DNA of 64,000 bases from a virus: the IMG/VR virus record IMGVR_UViG_3300041955_000247, positions 1-64,000 of that record; one strand, 5' to 3'. Below, one piece after another: positions 40,255 to 46,864 of the stretch. The notes below the pieces were generated by a model, which worked only from the letters and a program-made list of their open reading frames with translations, ran no database searches and was not told the DNA's origin. Made by a program: the position numbers and the translations under genes. Numbering within the stretch: position 1 is the stretch's first letter; each line of letters opens with the position of its first letter.

Positions 40255-40779
40255 CTAGTTGAACAGCAGGTCATAAAGGGCGTCTTTCAGGTCAAAAGTG
40301 TCTGACAAACCCAGAATACGTCTCAGCTTCATATTCAGGTTCTCAAGCGGTTGCAGTTCTTCATTCAGCGTCATGGCAATGGCCAATTTCAGTTCTTGAG
40401 GGGCTTCATTGAGCAGCGCACTCAGGTAACCCGCATTGGTGGTGTCGCCGGTCATATTGTAACAGTAGTTGTTGACGTCCTCAGGCAGCACCGTGTAGGC
40501 GTTCTTGCGCCGTGAAATATAGCTTGATTTGTCGTTGAGGAGGTTTGTGAGGCACTTTTTGAAAAGCCCCATGAATTTGGCAGGCTCAAGAACCCGTGGG
40601 TAGCGTTCTGTCAGCTTCCAAAATAACAGGTGGGCTTCCTGGAGCAGATCATCCTGGCCGTGCAGCCGATCACACCGCCATAGTTCGTGTCTTATGAATG
40701 ACGTTGCCCAGTTCTTGATTGGCCCTTCCCAAATTGGTTCGCAATTCAACTGTACGCGCACATGTGTTGCATGCGGCAT
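40255..40779 (-). CDS. Putative sigma-factor-like protein (region 2)
   Basis: DDLLQEAHLLFWK...KFMGLF...N.L.D pattern. Confidence 0.5.
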   Translation of the reverse strand: MPHATHVRVQLNCEPIWEGPIKNWATSFIRHELWRCDRLHGQDDLLQEAHLLFWKLTERYPRVLEPAKFMGLFKKCLTNLLNDKSSYISRRKNAYTVLPEDVNNYCYNMTGDTTNAGYLSALLNEAPQELKLAIAMTLNEELQPLENLNMKLRRILGLSDTFDLKDALYDLLFN

Positions 40780-40889
40780 TGTAAGCCCCGTTGCTGATGA
40801 TGAAGAACCCTCAATGAATTGGTAAGGCTACAATGCCGCAAGACCACGAAGCAACAGGAATAAAATTACACTCCTATGCCTTCTTGCGA

Positions 40890-40988
40890 TTACGAGCCTA
40901 TTGCCTTGTAATAGGCATACCACGTTAGATAGGTTGCGCCTTGCGTGCCTGGGCCATGCGGTTCGATAAGAGTCAATTTGAGTTTCAC
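40890..40988 (-). CDS. Cassette micro-ORF (32 aa)
   Basis: GTG after AGGAG: MKLKLTLIEPHGPGTQGATYLTWYAYYKAIGS. Confidence 0.45.
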   Translation of the reverse strand: MKLKLTLIEPHGPGTQGATYLTWYAYYKAIGS

Positions 40989-40996
40989 GGCCGCTC

Positions 40997-41143
40997 CTAT
41001 TCCTCGTTGAGGTATTTGAGAAGATCGTCCACGTTATCAAAGGAGGCTTCGGGCGGCGCTGCATCAGCCTCCATAATAGAACGCACGAAAGTGGGATCGT
41101 ATCCATCCCACCAACATCGCAATCGAAACCAAAGATCGCGCAC
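40997..41143 (-). CDS. Cassette ORF (48 aa), C-terminus like RelB/DinJ antitoxin tails
   Basis: MRDLWFRLRCWWDGYDPTFVRSIMEADAAPPEASFDNVDDLLKYLNEE; stop is the junction TAG. Confidence 0.6.
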   Translation of the reverse strand: MRDLWFRLRCWWDGYDPTFVRSIMEADAAPPEASFDNVDDLLKYLNEE

Positions 41144-41160
41144 GCCGGTCTCCTATATCT

Positions 41161-41580
41161 CTACGGGGTTGCTGGTAAAATCTGTTTGACGATCCATCTT
41201 CGCATTCGGGCAAATCGCTGCTCTGGCGTTTCTTTTATATTAAAACCAAAATCATCGTCGTTTTCAAAAACGACTTCGCGAGCCATCGCCGATGCAATCC
41301 CAAACACCGCAGACACTTTATCGGCGTCCTCATAGTCGAGGCCGAGCATATCAATGCCGCGAGCCTTGCCTACCGCGCCTATGGCACAGACAGCGCCAGT
41401 ATCAGGTTCAACAAGTTCACCGGCAATCAGTTTCTTTTCCGGTAACGCATCGAGCGCCGCAAGCATTTCCTTTAGGAAGGCTTGACCACGCCGACCTTTG
41501 ATCGCGCTGGCGACCGCACCACGGTAAAGGTAGCCAGAATTATCCTCACCATAATCATCGCTGTAGCCGCTGCGGCTCAT
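41161..41580 (-). CDS. Cassette: phage hypothetical protein (MSRSGYSDD type)
   Basis: 139 aa between junctions 41150 and 41587. Confidence 0.75.
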   Translation of the reverse strand: MSRSGYSDDYGEDNSGYLYRGAVASAIKGRRGQAFLKEMLAALDALPEKKLIAGELVEPDTGAVCAIGAVGKARGIDMLGLDYEDADKVSAVFGIASAMAREVVFENDDDFGFNIKETPEQRFARMRRWIVKQILPATP

Positions 41581-41589
41581 GCTGGCTTC

Positions 41590-41907
41590 CTAATTCTCTT
41601 GGCCTGATTGTTGAACAATCGGCGTCGTAGGCACGCTGCACATCCCCCCGCCGCCAGTATGCTTAACGAAGAACTCAAGATGATCTGGCGAGCCTTCATC
41701 AAACACAATATCAAAGCCACACTCCCACATGCCGTCGCGTATTCGAGGCTCGACAAACTTTTTGAAACGTCCCTTGCGACCGTTGCTTAGAGTAAACTCT
41801 GTGCCGAACGGCAATCGCGCCCATATTTCTCGGATGACTTCTGGCATTTCACCGTATAGTCCCGGCAAGTGTTCATCGAGGAAGTCTTGTGCCTCGTCCC
41901 GATTCAT
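41590..41907 (-). CDS. Cassette hypothetical protein (105 aa)
   Basis: ATG 41907 after AGGAAC; stop is the junction TAG. Confidence 0.65.
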   Translation of the reverse strand: MNRDEAQDFLDEHLPGLYGEMPEVIREIWARLPFGTEFTLSNGRKGRFKKFVEPRIRDGMWECGFDIVFDEGSPDHLEFFVKHTGGGGMCSVPTTPIVQQSGQEN

Positions 41908-41947
41908 GGTGGTTCCTATCATGCTTATCCGGTTTAGACACACAGCC

Positions 41948-42229
41948 CTACATCTTGTGTTCGAGTTTTTGTCGAGCAATCGCGGCCTGATCTTCGGCAA
42001 CAATCCGCGCGTAGTTTGCGGTTTTGGCTTCATCGTCCGCCTTGCGCCGGGCCGCAAAGCCATCAAGAGCGCGCTGGAACGCCTGCCTTGGCGTCAGCCC
42101 CTGCTTAAAAAGCGGATACCAGTGCGATGTGTAGATAGTGAACTCACCGCGCTCGTAGCCAAATTCGCCTTGAATTACGTCCTCGTCGAGGGTCTGAATC
42201 CATTTTCTAAATTGTTTGCTCTGGATCAT
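41948..42229 (-). CDS. Passenger hypothetical protein (93 aa)
   Basis: GGAGAG RBS; inside IR element. Confidence 0.65.
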   Translation of the reverse strand: MIQSKQFRKWIQTLDEDVIQGEFGYERGEFTIYTSHWYPLFKQGLTPRQAFQRALDGFAARRKADDEAKTANYARIVAEDQAAIARQKLEHKM

Positions 42230-42244
42230 GGTTTCTCTCCCCGA

Positions 42245-42499
42245 CTAGATGATCATCCGCAGCGGGATTGCATCGACGGTCGGACGCGGGTCCGCTTGCC
42301 GTTTCAGATCGCGCTCGAACTCGGCCGTCAATTCGTCAATATCCGGGTCGGATTTTGGAATTTCCGGTGCAATTCTCGTGATGAAGCACTGCACCGGAAT
42401 GCCGCCATCGGTCTCGCCCTGCCAAACACGCGCCGGAACGTCCCGGCCGCCGACTACGAGCGTCACGATCTTGCTGGTGCTCTCGATTCTGATCTTCAT
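42245..42499 (-). CDS. Passenger hypothetical protein (84 aa)
   Basis: GAGG RBS; PARVWQGET.GGIPV. Confidence 0.7.
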   Translation of the reverse strand: MKIRIESTSKIVTLVVGGRDVPARVWQGETDGGIPVQCFITRIAPEIPKSDPDIDELTAEFERDLKRQADPRPTVDAIPLRMII

Positions 42500-42561
42500 T
42501 TGCCGCCTCTATATCTAGTAGGTCTCAGCGTTTGTGTGTGGCAACCGGATAAGCATGGTTC

Positions 42562-42753
42562 CTATTTTGGCAAGCGTATTAACTTGCGTGCGTTGGGCAG
42601 CATATTGTTATCATAATAAAGCAGCCCGGTCATGCCGTCGTCCCATCTGACGAGAACGCAATAGTCGTCAGCGCGCTCGACTACACCGTGAGATGTGGCG
42701 ACCACAACATCGGGCTGCTCAACCCGATCACCGACCTTTAGATGCGCCTTCAT
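42562..42753 (-). CDS. Cassette small SH3-like protein (63 aa)
   Basis: ATG 42753 after AGGAG; LKVGDRV...VLVRWDDG. Confidence 0.65.
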   Translation of the reverse strand: MKAHLKVGDRVEQPDVVVATSHGVVERADDYCVLVRWDDGMTGLLYYDNNMLPNARKLIRLPK

Positions 42754-42761
42754 GACCGCTC

Positions 42762-42968
42762 CTATTTTGCTAATGCCGTTCGCGGCGAAAGTTTCTGTTT
42801 GACGGCACTCCAACGCACACGCCGCCGCGACAGTTCATTCTCTATCATTTTTAGGTTGCCGTAGATAATATCAGTCGGCATTCCACAGTCGCGGCGGCGC
42901 TTGAAATAGATGTTGATACGCTCCTGCAAATGGAGCAATCGCTCCGTATCTATTTCAGCCACGCGCAC
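42762..42968 (-). CDS. Cassette hypothetical protein (68 aa)
   Basis: GTG after AGGAG; ends ALAK at junction TAG. Confidence 0.6.
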   Translation of the reverse strand: MRVAEIDTERLLHLQERINIYFKRRRDCGMPTDIIYGNLKMIENELSRRRVRWSAVKQKLSPRTALAK

Positions 42969-42979
42969 GCGAAAAACTC

Positions 42980-43234
42980 CTATACCTTCAGGCTGATTGC
43001 ATCCGAAAAGAAAGTCTCGGCTTTTGTTCGCAACCCAGTATGGTGATCCATCATCTTAGCGCCGCTGATTTTGTATTCGGCAAATGCGGTTTTTACCTCC
43101 TGCTCAGAGAGGCCGAGTGCGCACTGAATATCGAACACAACGCACCGCAAGTGACCGAGGCGCCGCAGTGCGCGTAGGTATTCGTTGATAGCCGTAGCTA
43201 TCTCTCTAGATGATGGCCGAGGAACGCTGGACAC
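42980..43234 (-). CDS. Cassette hypothetical protein (84 aa), possible HTH
   Basis: GTG after AGGAG; DIQCALGLSEQEVK; stop at junction. Confidence 0.6.
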   Translation of the reverse strand: MSSVPRPSSREIATAINEYLRALRRLGHLRCVVFDIQCALGLSEQEVKTAFAEYKISGAKMMDHHTGLRTKAETFFSDAISLKV

Positions 43235-43315
43235 GTTTGGCTCCTATTTTGCTAATGCCGTTCGCGGTCATGCACCCAACGGCCCTTGCGATCATTTGTT
43301 CACGCAAGCAGTCTC

Positions 43316-43573
43316 CTATTTTGACTTTGGCGGTTTAGGCAAAGGCATCCAATGTGTCATGCCCACCCAATTAGGTTCTTCATCGCCATCACATAAATGC
43401 CACTCGCAGAGACAGCTACACCAGAACATGACAACATAATCAGAACGGGGCTTATCGCCCTTGGCTGGCTTCCCGTATCCCAAACGGGGCTTATCGCCCT
43501 TGGCTGGCTTCCCGTATCCCAAAATGCTGCGTCCGTCTTTCGGCGCAGTTTTGATGGATTGCCACGCGCTCAT
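43316..43573 (-). CDS. Cassette DUF551-like protein
   Basis: WQSIKTAPKDG...THWMPLPKPP. Confidence 0.8.
   Translation of the reverse strand: MSAWQSIKTAPKDGRSILGYGKPAKGDKPRLGYGKPAKGDKPRSDYVVMFWCSCLCEWHLCDGDEEPNWVGMTHWMPLPKPPKSK
43444..43521. repeat. Perfect 39-bp tandem duplication
   Basis: AACGGGGCTTATCGCCCTTGGCTGGCTTCCCGTATCCCA x2; encodes LGYGKPAKGDKPR twice. Confidence 0.95.
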
Positions 43574-43581
43574 GGCCGCTC

Positions 43582-43830
43582 CTATTCCTCGTCGGGCTTA
43601 TTGACGACATTGTAACCAGCCGCGTTCGATTTGCCATCTTCGTGCATGAACCAATACGCAGACATCAAGCCGCCTGTGGTGGACTCGTCAATGCCGAGGC
43701 GATGAATTTGACGAGTAGGAAAAGAGCCATCAGCGCGTGGTCCCCATTGCTTCCAGCCAGCGAAATTTGTCTCAACAAGAACACACGATTCACCGTTCTC
43801 AAACTGAATTGGCTTGTTCCAATCAATCAC
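43582..43830 (-). CDS. Cassette hypothetical protein (82 aa)
   Basis: MIDWNKPI; stop at junction. Confidence 0.65.
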   Translation of the reverse strand: MIDWNKPIQFENGESCVLVETNFAGWKQWGPRADGSFPTRQIHRLGIDESTTGGLMSAYWFMHEDGKSNAAGYNVVNKPDEE

Positions 43831-43841
43831 GCTACCCGCTC

Positions 43842-44015
43842 CTATTTTGACTTTGGTTTACCGTTGACAGCTTCTATTGCAAATCGCCGAAGGGCATCTG
43901 CTGGACAAGCCGTGGCTCGATGTATTCGCCTTAGCTCACGTTCGTAGTAGCGCGCAACGCGGCGAAATGCTTTCCAGTCCTTCGGTCCAAGTTCGACCCT
44001 CGATAATCGGGACAT
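43842..44015 (-). CDS. Cassette basic protein (57 aa)
   Basis: Read by hand: MSRLSRVELGPKDWKAFRRVARYYERELRRIHRATACPADALRRFAIEAVNGKPKSK. Confidence 0.6.
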   Translation of the reverse strand: MSRLSRVELGPKDWKAFRRVARYYERELRRIHRATACPADALRRFAIEAVNGKPKSK

Positions 44016-44024
44016 GCCGCACTC

Positions 44025-44213
44025 CTATTTTGCTAGTTCGATTTCAGCGACGAGGCCAAGAAGGTCCCGCTCCATCGCGTCCAACTCTTTAAGCCGAGAG
44101 GCGATTTGTTTGCGCTCCGCGTCGATTTTGCCTAGGCGGCCATCCACGCAATCGCATGACGCATAATGATGGTTCATCTTACCGCAGCTTTGGCACTTCC
44201 GGGGCAAACGCAC
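44025..44213 (-). CDS. Cassette Zn-knuckle / coiled-coil protein (62 aa)
   Basis: CQSCGK..H...C; ends ELAK at junction. Confidence 0.6.
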   Translation of the reverse strand: MRLPRKCQSCGKMNHHYASCDCVDGRLGKIDAERKQIASRLKELDAMERDLLGLVAEIELAK

Positions 44214-44221
44214 GGCCGCTC

Positions 44222-44434
44222 CTATTCCTTCATCGCCTGTTTGGCGTGTTGCTTACAGAACCTTTGATCCGGCCCATAGCCACGTCTGCGGCGGCACTGA
44301 TGGAACAAATAAGACACTCCATCGGCAACCTCTGCAATGCAATCGCCCCATCGCTCGGCGTGGCCGTTCGGGTTACCAGCCCATGCGCCATACCGGCGCT
44401 TGCCGTCTTTTCCGGGGTTGGGGACGAGAACCAC
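44222..44434 (-). CDS. Cassette Cys/His-containing protein (70 aa)
   Basis: YGAWAGNPNG...C...QC...FCKQH; stop at junction. Confidence 0.65.
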   Translation of the reverse strand: MVLVPNPGKDGKRRYGAWAGNPNGHAERWGDCIAEVADGVSYLFHQCRRRRGYGPDQRFCKQHAKQAMKE

Positions 44435-44443
44435 ACGAGTCTC

Positions 44444-45061
44444 CTATATCTCTTTCCGCTTCCTGTCCGCCGCGCGCTTGCGCACGAATCGGCCTTTCCC
44501 GACCTGCTTCCAGTGGCCGTACACACTGGCGGTCGAAACCCCCAGCTTCTCGGCCACCTTGGGGCCGGTCATGCCGCCGTTTAGAAGCTCGCCCACGCGC
44601 TTAATTCTGTCGGGTGTCATGTACACTTTCGGCCCCCAACTCTTGTCCTTGCGGCGCGCTCGTAGCGCGGCAATGCCCGCAGAGGTTCGCTGCGCGATGA
44701 TCTGGCGCTCGAACTCGGCAACAAGGCCTAAAACACCAAGCACAAGTTTCCCCGATACAGTCCCGAAGTCGAAGTTTTCTTGGAGCGAGCGAAAATACGC
44801 GCCTTTGGCGTAAATTGCGTCGAGGCGAGCGTAAAGCTGCCGCATAGACCGCGCCAGCCGGTCAAGCCGCCACACAACGAAAGTATCGCCTTCGCGTAAA
44901 TCCTTGATGGCGTAATCCAGCGCCGGGCGCTTAGCGGATGCCCCGGATACCTTTTCAACGTGCAGATTGTCCGGCTTGACCCCCGCCGCCTTGAGGGCGT
45001 CGGTTTGCAGGTCAAGCGATTGATCTTCGGTCGAGACGCGGGCATAGCCGACAAGTGCCAT
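44444..45061 (-). CDS. Small serine recombinase (resolvase/invertase family)
   Basis: GYARVST (Ser10), VWRLDRLAR, AEFER..I.QRT..G, C-terminal HTH VAEKLGVSTASVY. Confidence 0.95.
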   Translation of the reverse strand: MALVGYARVSTEDQSLDLQTDALKAAGVKPDNLHVEKVSGASAKRPALDYAIKDLREGDTFVVWRLDRLARSMRQLYARLDAIYAKGAYFRSLQENFDFGTVSGKLVLGVLGLVAEFERQIIAQRTSAGIAALRARRKDKSWGPKVYMTPDRIKRVGELLNGGMTGPKVAEKLGVSTASVYGHWKQVGKGRFVRKRAADRKRKEI

Positions 45062-45087
45062 TTCCTGTACCTAAGCAGATTGGCAGC

Positions 45088-45130
45088 ATACTATATGGGA
45101 CTTGACAACCTGTCAAGACCGTGATTTGAT
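45088..45130. promoter_or_regulatory. Divergent promoter with palindrome CTTGACA-ACC-TGTCAAG
   Basis: Minus strand TTGACA (45116-45111)-17nt-TAGTAT (45093-45088); plus strand TTGACA 45102-45107 with weaker -10. Confidence 0.7.
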
Positions 45131-45157
45131 TAAAAGACAGAATGGAGATTCAGGCCG

Positions 45158-45454
45158 ATGCCATGCTATCAGCCCAATGGAACGCCACTGACTGACCGAG
45201 AGCGTGAAGTGTTGGTCATTCTGATGGAAGAATGCGCCGAGGTCATTCAGGCAGCGAGCAAGCTGATCCGGTTTGGCAAAGAGACCCGTCCCGATGATTT
45301 GCATTTGCCGAATAGCGAAGTTCTCGGCATCGAGATTGGCGATCTAAAATGTATGATTGACAATGTGTTGTTCGAGGGGATCATCAGCCAAGAACACTTG
45401 ACGCTCGGCGCGAAACGCAAGCAAGCTCGGCTTGCTCAGTATATGCAGACGTAA
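45158..45454 (+). CDS. MazG-like NTP pyrophosphohydrolase
   Basis: EECAEVIQAASK..RFG...EIGDL. Confidence 0.75.
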   Translation: MPCYQPNGTPLTDREREVLVILMEECAEVIQAASKLIRFGKETRPDDLHLPNSEVLGIEIGDLKCMIDNVLFEGIISQEHLTLGAKRKQARLAQYMQT

Positions 45455-45471
45455 ATTGAAGGAATAGGCCG

Positions 45472-45795
45472 ATGGTTCAGACGCGCGATTTTCCCACTGC
45501 CGTTATCGCATCAATTTCGACCGGCATATTGCTCTGTGACTTTGGCAAGATGCAGGAAGCGGCCGAGTATCTCATGGGGCACCCGATCTGGACGCATCAT
45601 TTCGCTGACAAAACTCTTACTTTGGAAATGAAACGAACGATTGCCGAGCAATGTCCTGGTATGCCGATGGAGATTGATGGTGTGACGAAGGACAACTATC
45701 TGGAAAAACTAGCCGTCATCGAAGCTGAAATCGGCAAGACCGTTCGCATCCGTAAGGGCCGCGGCCTCACCGCGATGTTGCCGGCCGGTGGTTGA
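45472..45795 (+). CDS. Cassette hypothetical protein (107 aa)
   Basis: ATG directly after junction; SISTGILLC...YLMGHPIWTH. Confidence 0.7.
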   Translation: MVQTRDFPTAVIASISTGILLCDFGKMQEAAEYLMGHPIWTHHFADKTLTLEMKRTIAEQCPGMPMEIDGVTKDNYLEKLAVIEAEIGKTVRIRKGRGLTAMLPAGG

Positions 45796-45925
45796 GAACT
45801 GCGCCGTCGATGATTGTCGCAAGCGCGAATATATCGCGGAGATCGAGTTGCTTCGCGCGGAGATCGAGGCGCTTAAACTTGAAATCAAGATGTACGAACA
45901 GAGGTTTGCCGAGTTGGCAAAATAG
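45788..45925 (+). CDS. Cassette coiled-coil micro-ORF (45 aa)
   Basis: MVENCAVDDCRKREYIAEIELLRAEIEALKLEIKMYEQRFAELAK; stop is the junction TAG. Confidence 0.5.
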   Translation: MVENCAVDDCRKREYIAEIELLRAEIEALKLEIKMYEQRFAELAK

Positions 45926-45929
45926 GCCG

Positions 45930-46229
45930 ATGACAGCGGATTTGGGTAAAGAGGCGTTTTATGCGTCCTTGGCGATTATTGGCTTCGTTCTGGGAATGCT
46001 CGGCATTCATTGTCATCGATGGAACTCCTTACTACGAGTAGCCGCAATCTTTTTTGGCTTATTCCTCTGTGCCTTTGGCCTCGGTTCTACTTTGATCGTG
46101 CGTTCTGAGCGCGTCTCCGCCGCCCCCGGGATCATAATCGCCCTTTCGCCTTTGGCCCTGACCGATCCAAGGCTTTTGAAACCCATAGAAAACGGGAGGC
46201 TTACGAGGTTTGCCGAGTTGGCAAAATAG
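45930..46229 (+). CDS. Cassette membrane protein (99 aa)
   Basis: ATG after junction; two TM segments; ends RFAELAK. Confidence 0.6.
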   Translation: MTADLGKEAFYASLAIIGFVLGMLGIHCHRWNSLLRVAAIFFGLFLCAFGLGSTLIVRSERVSAAPGIIIALSPLALTDPRLLKPIENGRLTRFAELAK

Positions 46230-46249
46230 CCCGCTAATACGGAATTAAC

Positions 46250-46354
46250 ATGGATCAACGCACACGAACACTGTTGCTCGCGATTTACGGCACCAAGGCT
46301 GCGGCTGGAGTAATTGTGTTAGCCGTGCTGCTTATCTATCACTTCTGGGGCTGA
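46250..46354 (+). CDS. Cassette single-TM micro-ORF (34 aa)
   Basis: MDQRTRTLLLAIYGTKAAAGVIVLAVLLIYHFWG. Confidence 0.45.
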   Translation: MDQRTRTLLLAIYGTKAAAGVIVLAVLLIYHFWG

Positions 46355-46544
46355 TGGTGATGCGCGGAACGATAATCGTTGCCTCCGTTGTATTTGGGGG
46401 GGTCCTCGGTGGGCAACAGCAACCATTTGCGGCTGGGCTGTTCTTTGGTCCGGTCTGTTTGCCTGCTACGATTTGGCGCGTTAATGACAGATTAACAGGA
46501 ACAAGGAATAGGCCGCTAATGCGTCGTTAGTCGGGATTTGCACG

Positions 46545-46832
46545 ATGATCGAAATGGTTCCTAGGCCCCACATCGTTCGCCGCACTTGTGGCGGTTACTT
46601 GGCCGTTGCATCAAAGCGAGCCCGGTTCCGAATTGGCGTCACGGCGGAAACAGAGGCGGCGGCCGAACATAAGTTCTGGTTCACCTACGTCCGATGGTGC
46701 GAACTGGTCCCACTGGAAGCTGTCGGCGAGTGCACCCAATTAACAGCGCCTCATCTTCGTGGTGAGCGTGAGCCTATCGAGAGGTTGGCTTGGGGGTGCA
46801 CTCACCAGCAGCGTCAAACAAAATCGGTCTAA
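46545..46832 (+). CDS. Cassette hypothetical protein (95 aa)
   Basis: Between junctions 46507 and 46855; RIGVTAETE. Confidence 0.55.
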   Translation: MIEMVPRPHIVRRTCGGYLAVASKRARFRIGVTAETEAAAEHKFWFTYVRWCELVPLEAVGECTQLTAPHLRGEREPIERLAWGCTHQQRQTKSV

Positions 46833-46864
46833 CACGGGGTTAGCAGAAACAAGGAATAGGCCGG

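Larger units (their letters stand above)
41920..42557. mobile_element. 638-bp non-autonomous element: 25-bp terminal IRs, 8-bp direct repeats, two passenger genes
   Basis: IRs CATGCTTATCCGGTT-NNN-ACACACA at 41920-41944 and 42533-42557 (22/25); GTTCCTAT at 41912-41919 and 42558-42565. Confidence 0.85.
40871..44447 (-). repeat. Left-arm junction repeats, sense consensus R(A/T)ATAGGA(G/A)
   Basis: + strand CTCCTAT at 40871, 40994, 41150, 42759, 42977, 43241, 43313, 43579, 43839, 44022, 44219, 44441; TTCCTAA 41587; GTTCCTAT 41912 and 42558. Confidence 0.9.
40871..46863. mobile_element. Serine-recombinase island with two divergent arrays of small gene cassettes (integron-like)
   Basis: Central resolvase; 15 minus-oriented and 5 plus-oriented ATAGG-type junctions; ends 1 nt from the primase stop codon. 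Confidence 0.75.
45463..46863 (+). repeat. Right-arm junction repeats AATAG(G/C)CCG
   Basis: At 45463, 45921, 46225, 46507, 46855. Confidence 0.9.

Noticed and set aside
40247-40262. TAGGAG at 40252-40257 (also 11639, 20046, and AATAGGAAG near 53558) as extra array sites
   Set aside because: Isolated copies beside backbone genes; most lack the upstream consensus and are explained as ordinary RBSs.
40853-40875. AACAGGAATAA as the left att site / target duplication of the island
   Set aside because: Similar to right-arm sites but too degenerate to call without an empty-site allele.
41729-42616. 295-aa + strand ORF as transposase of the IR element
   Set aside because: No recognisable DDE or other motif, extends beyond both IRs, and is antisense to well-formed genes.
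40871-44447. Junctions are only stop+RBS coupling (TAGGAG)
   Set aside because: This contributes but is not sufficient: identity extends 15-28 bp, the core persists where TAG is not the stop, and the right arm keeps the core without an SD.
40871-46863. CRISPR array or classical integron
   Set aside because: Spacing is gene-sized and irregular, repeats are short and degenerate, and I found no cas gene, tyrosine IntI or attC-type palindromes.
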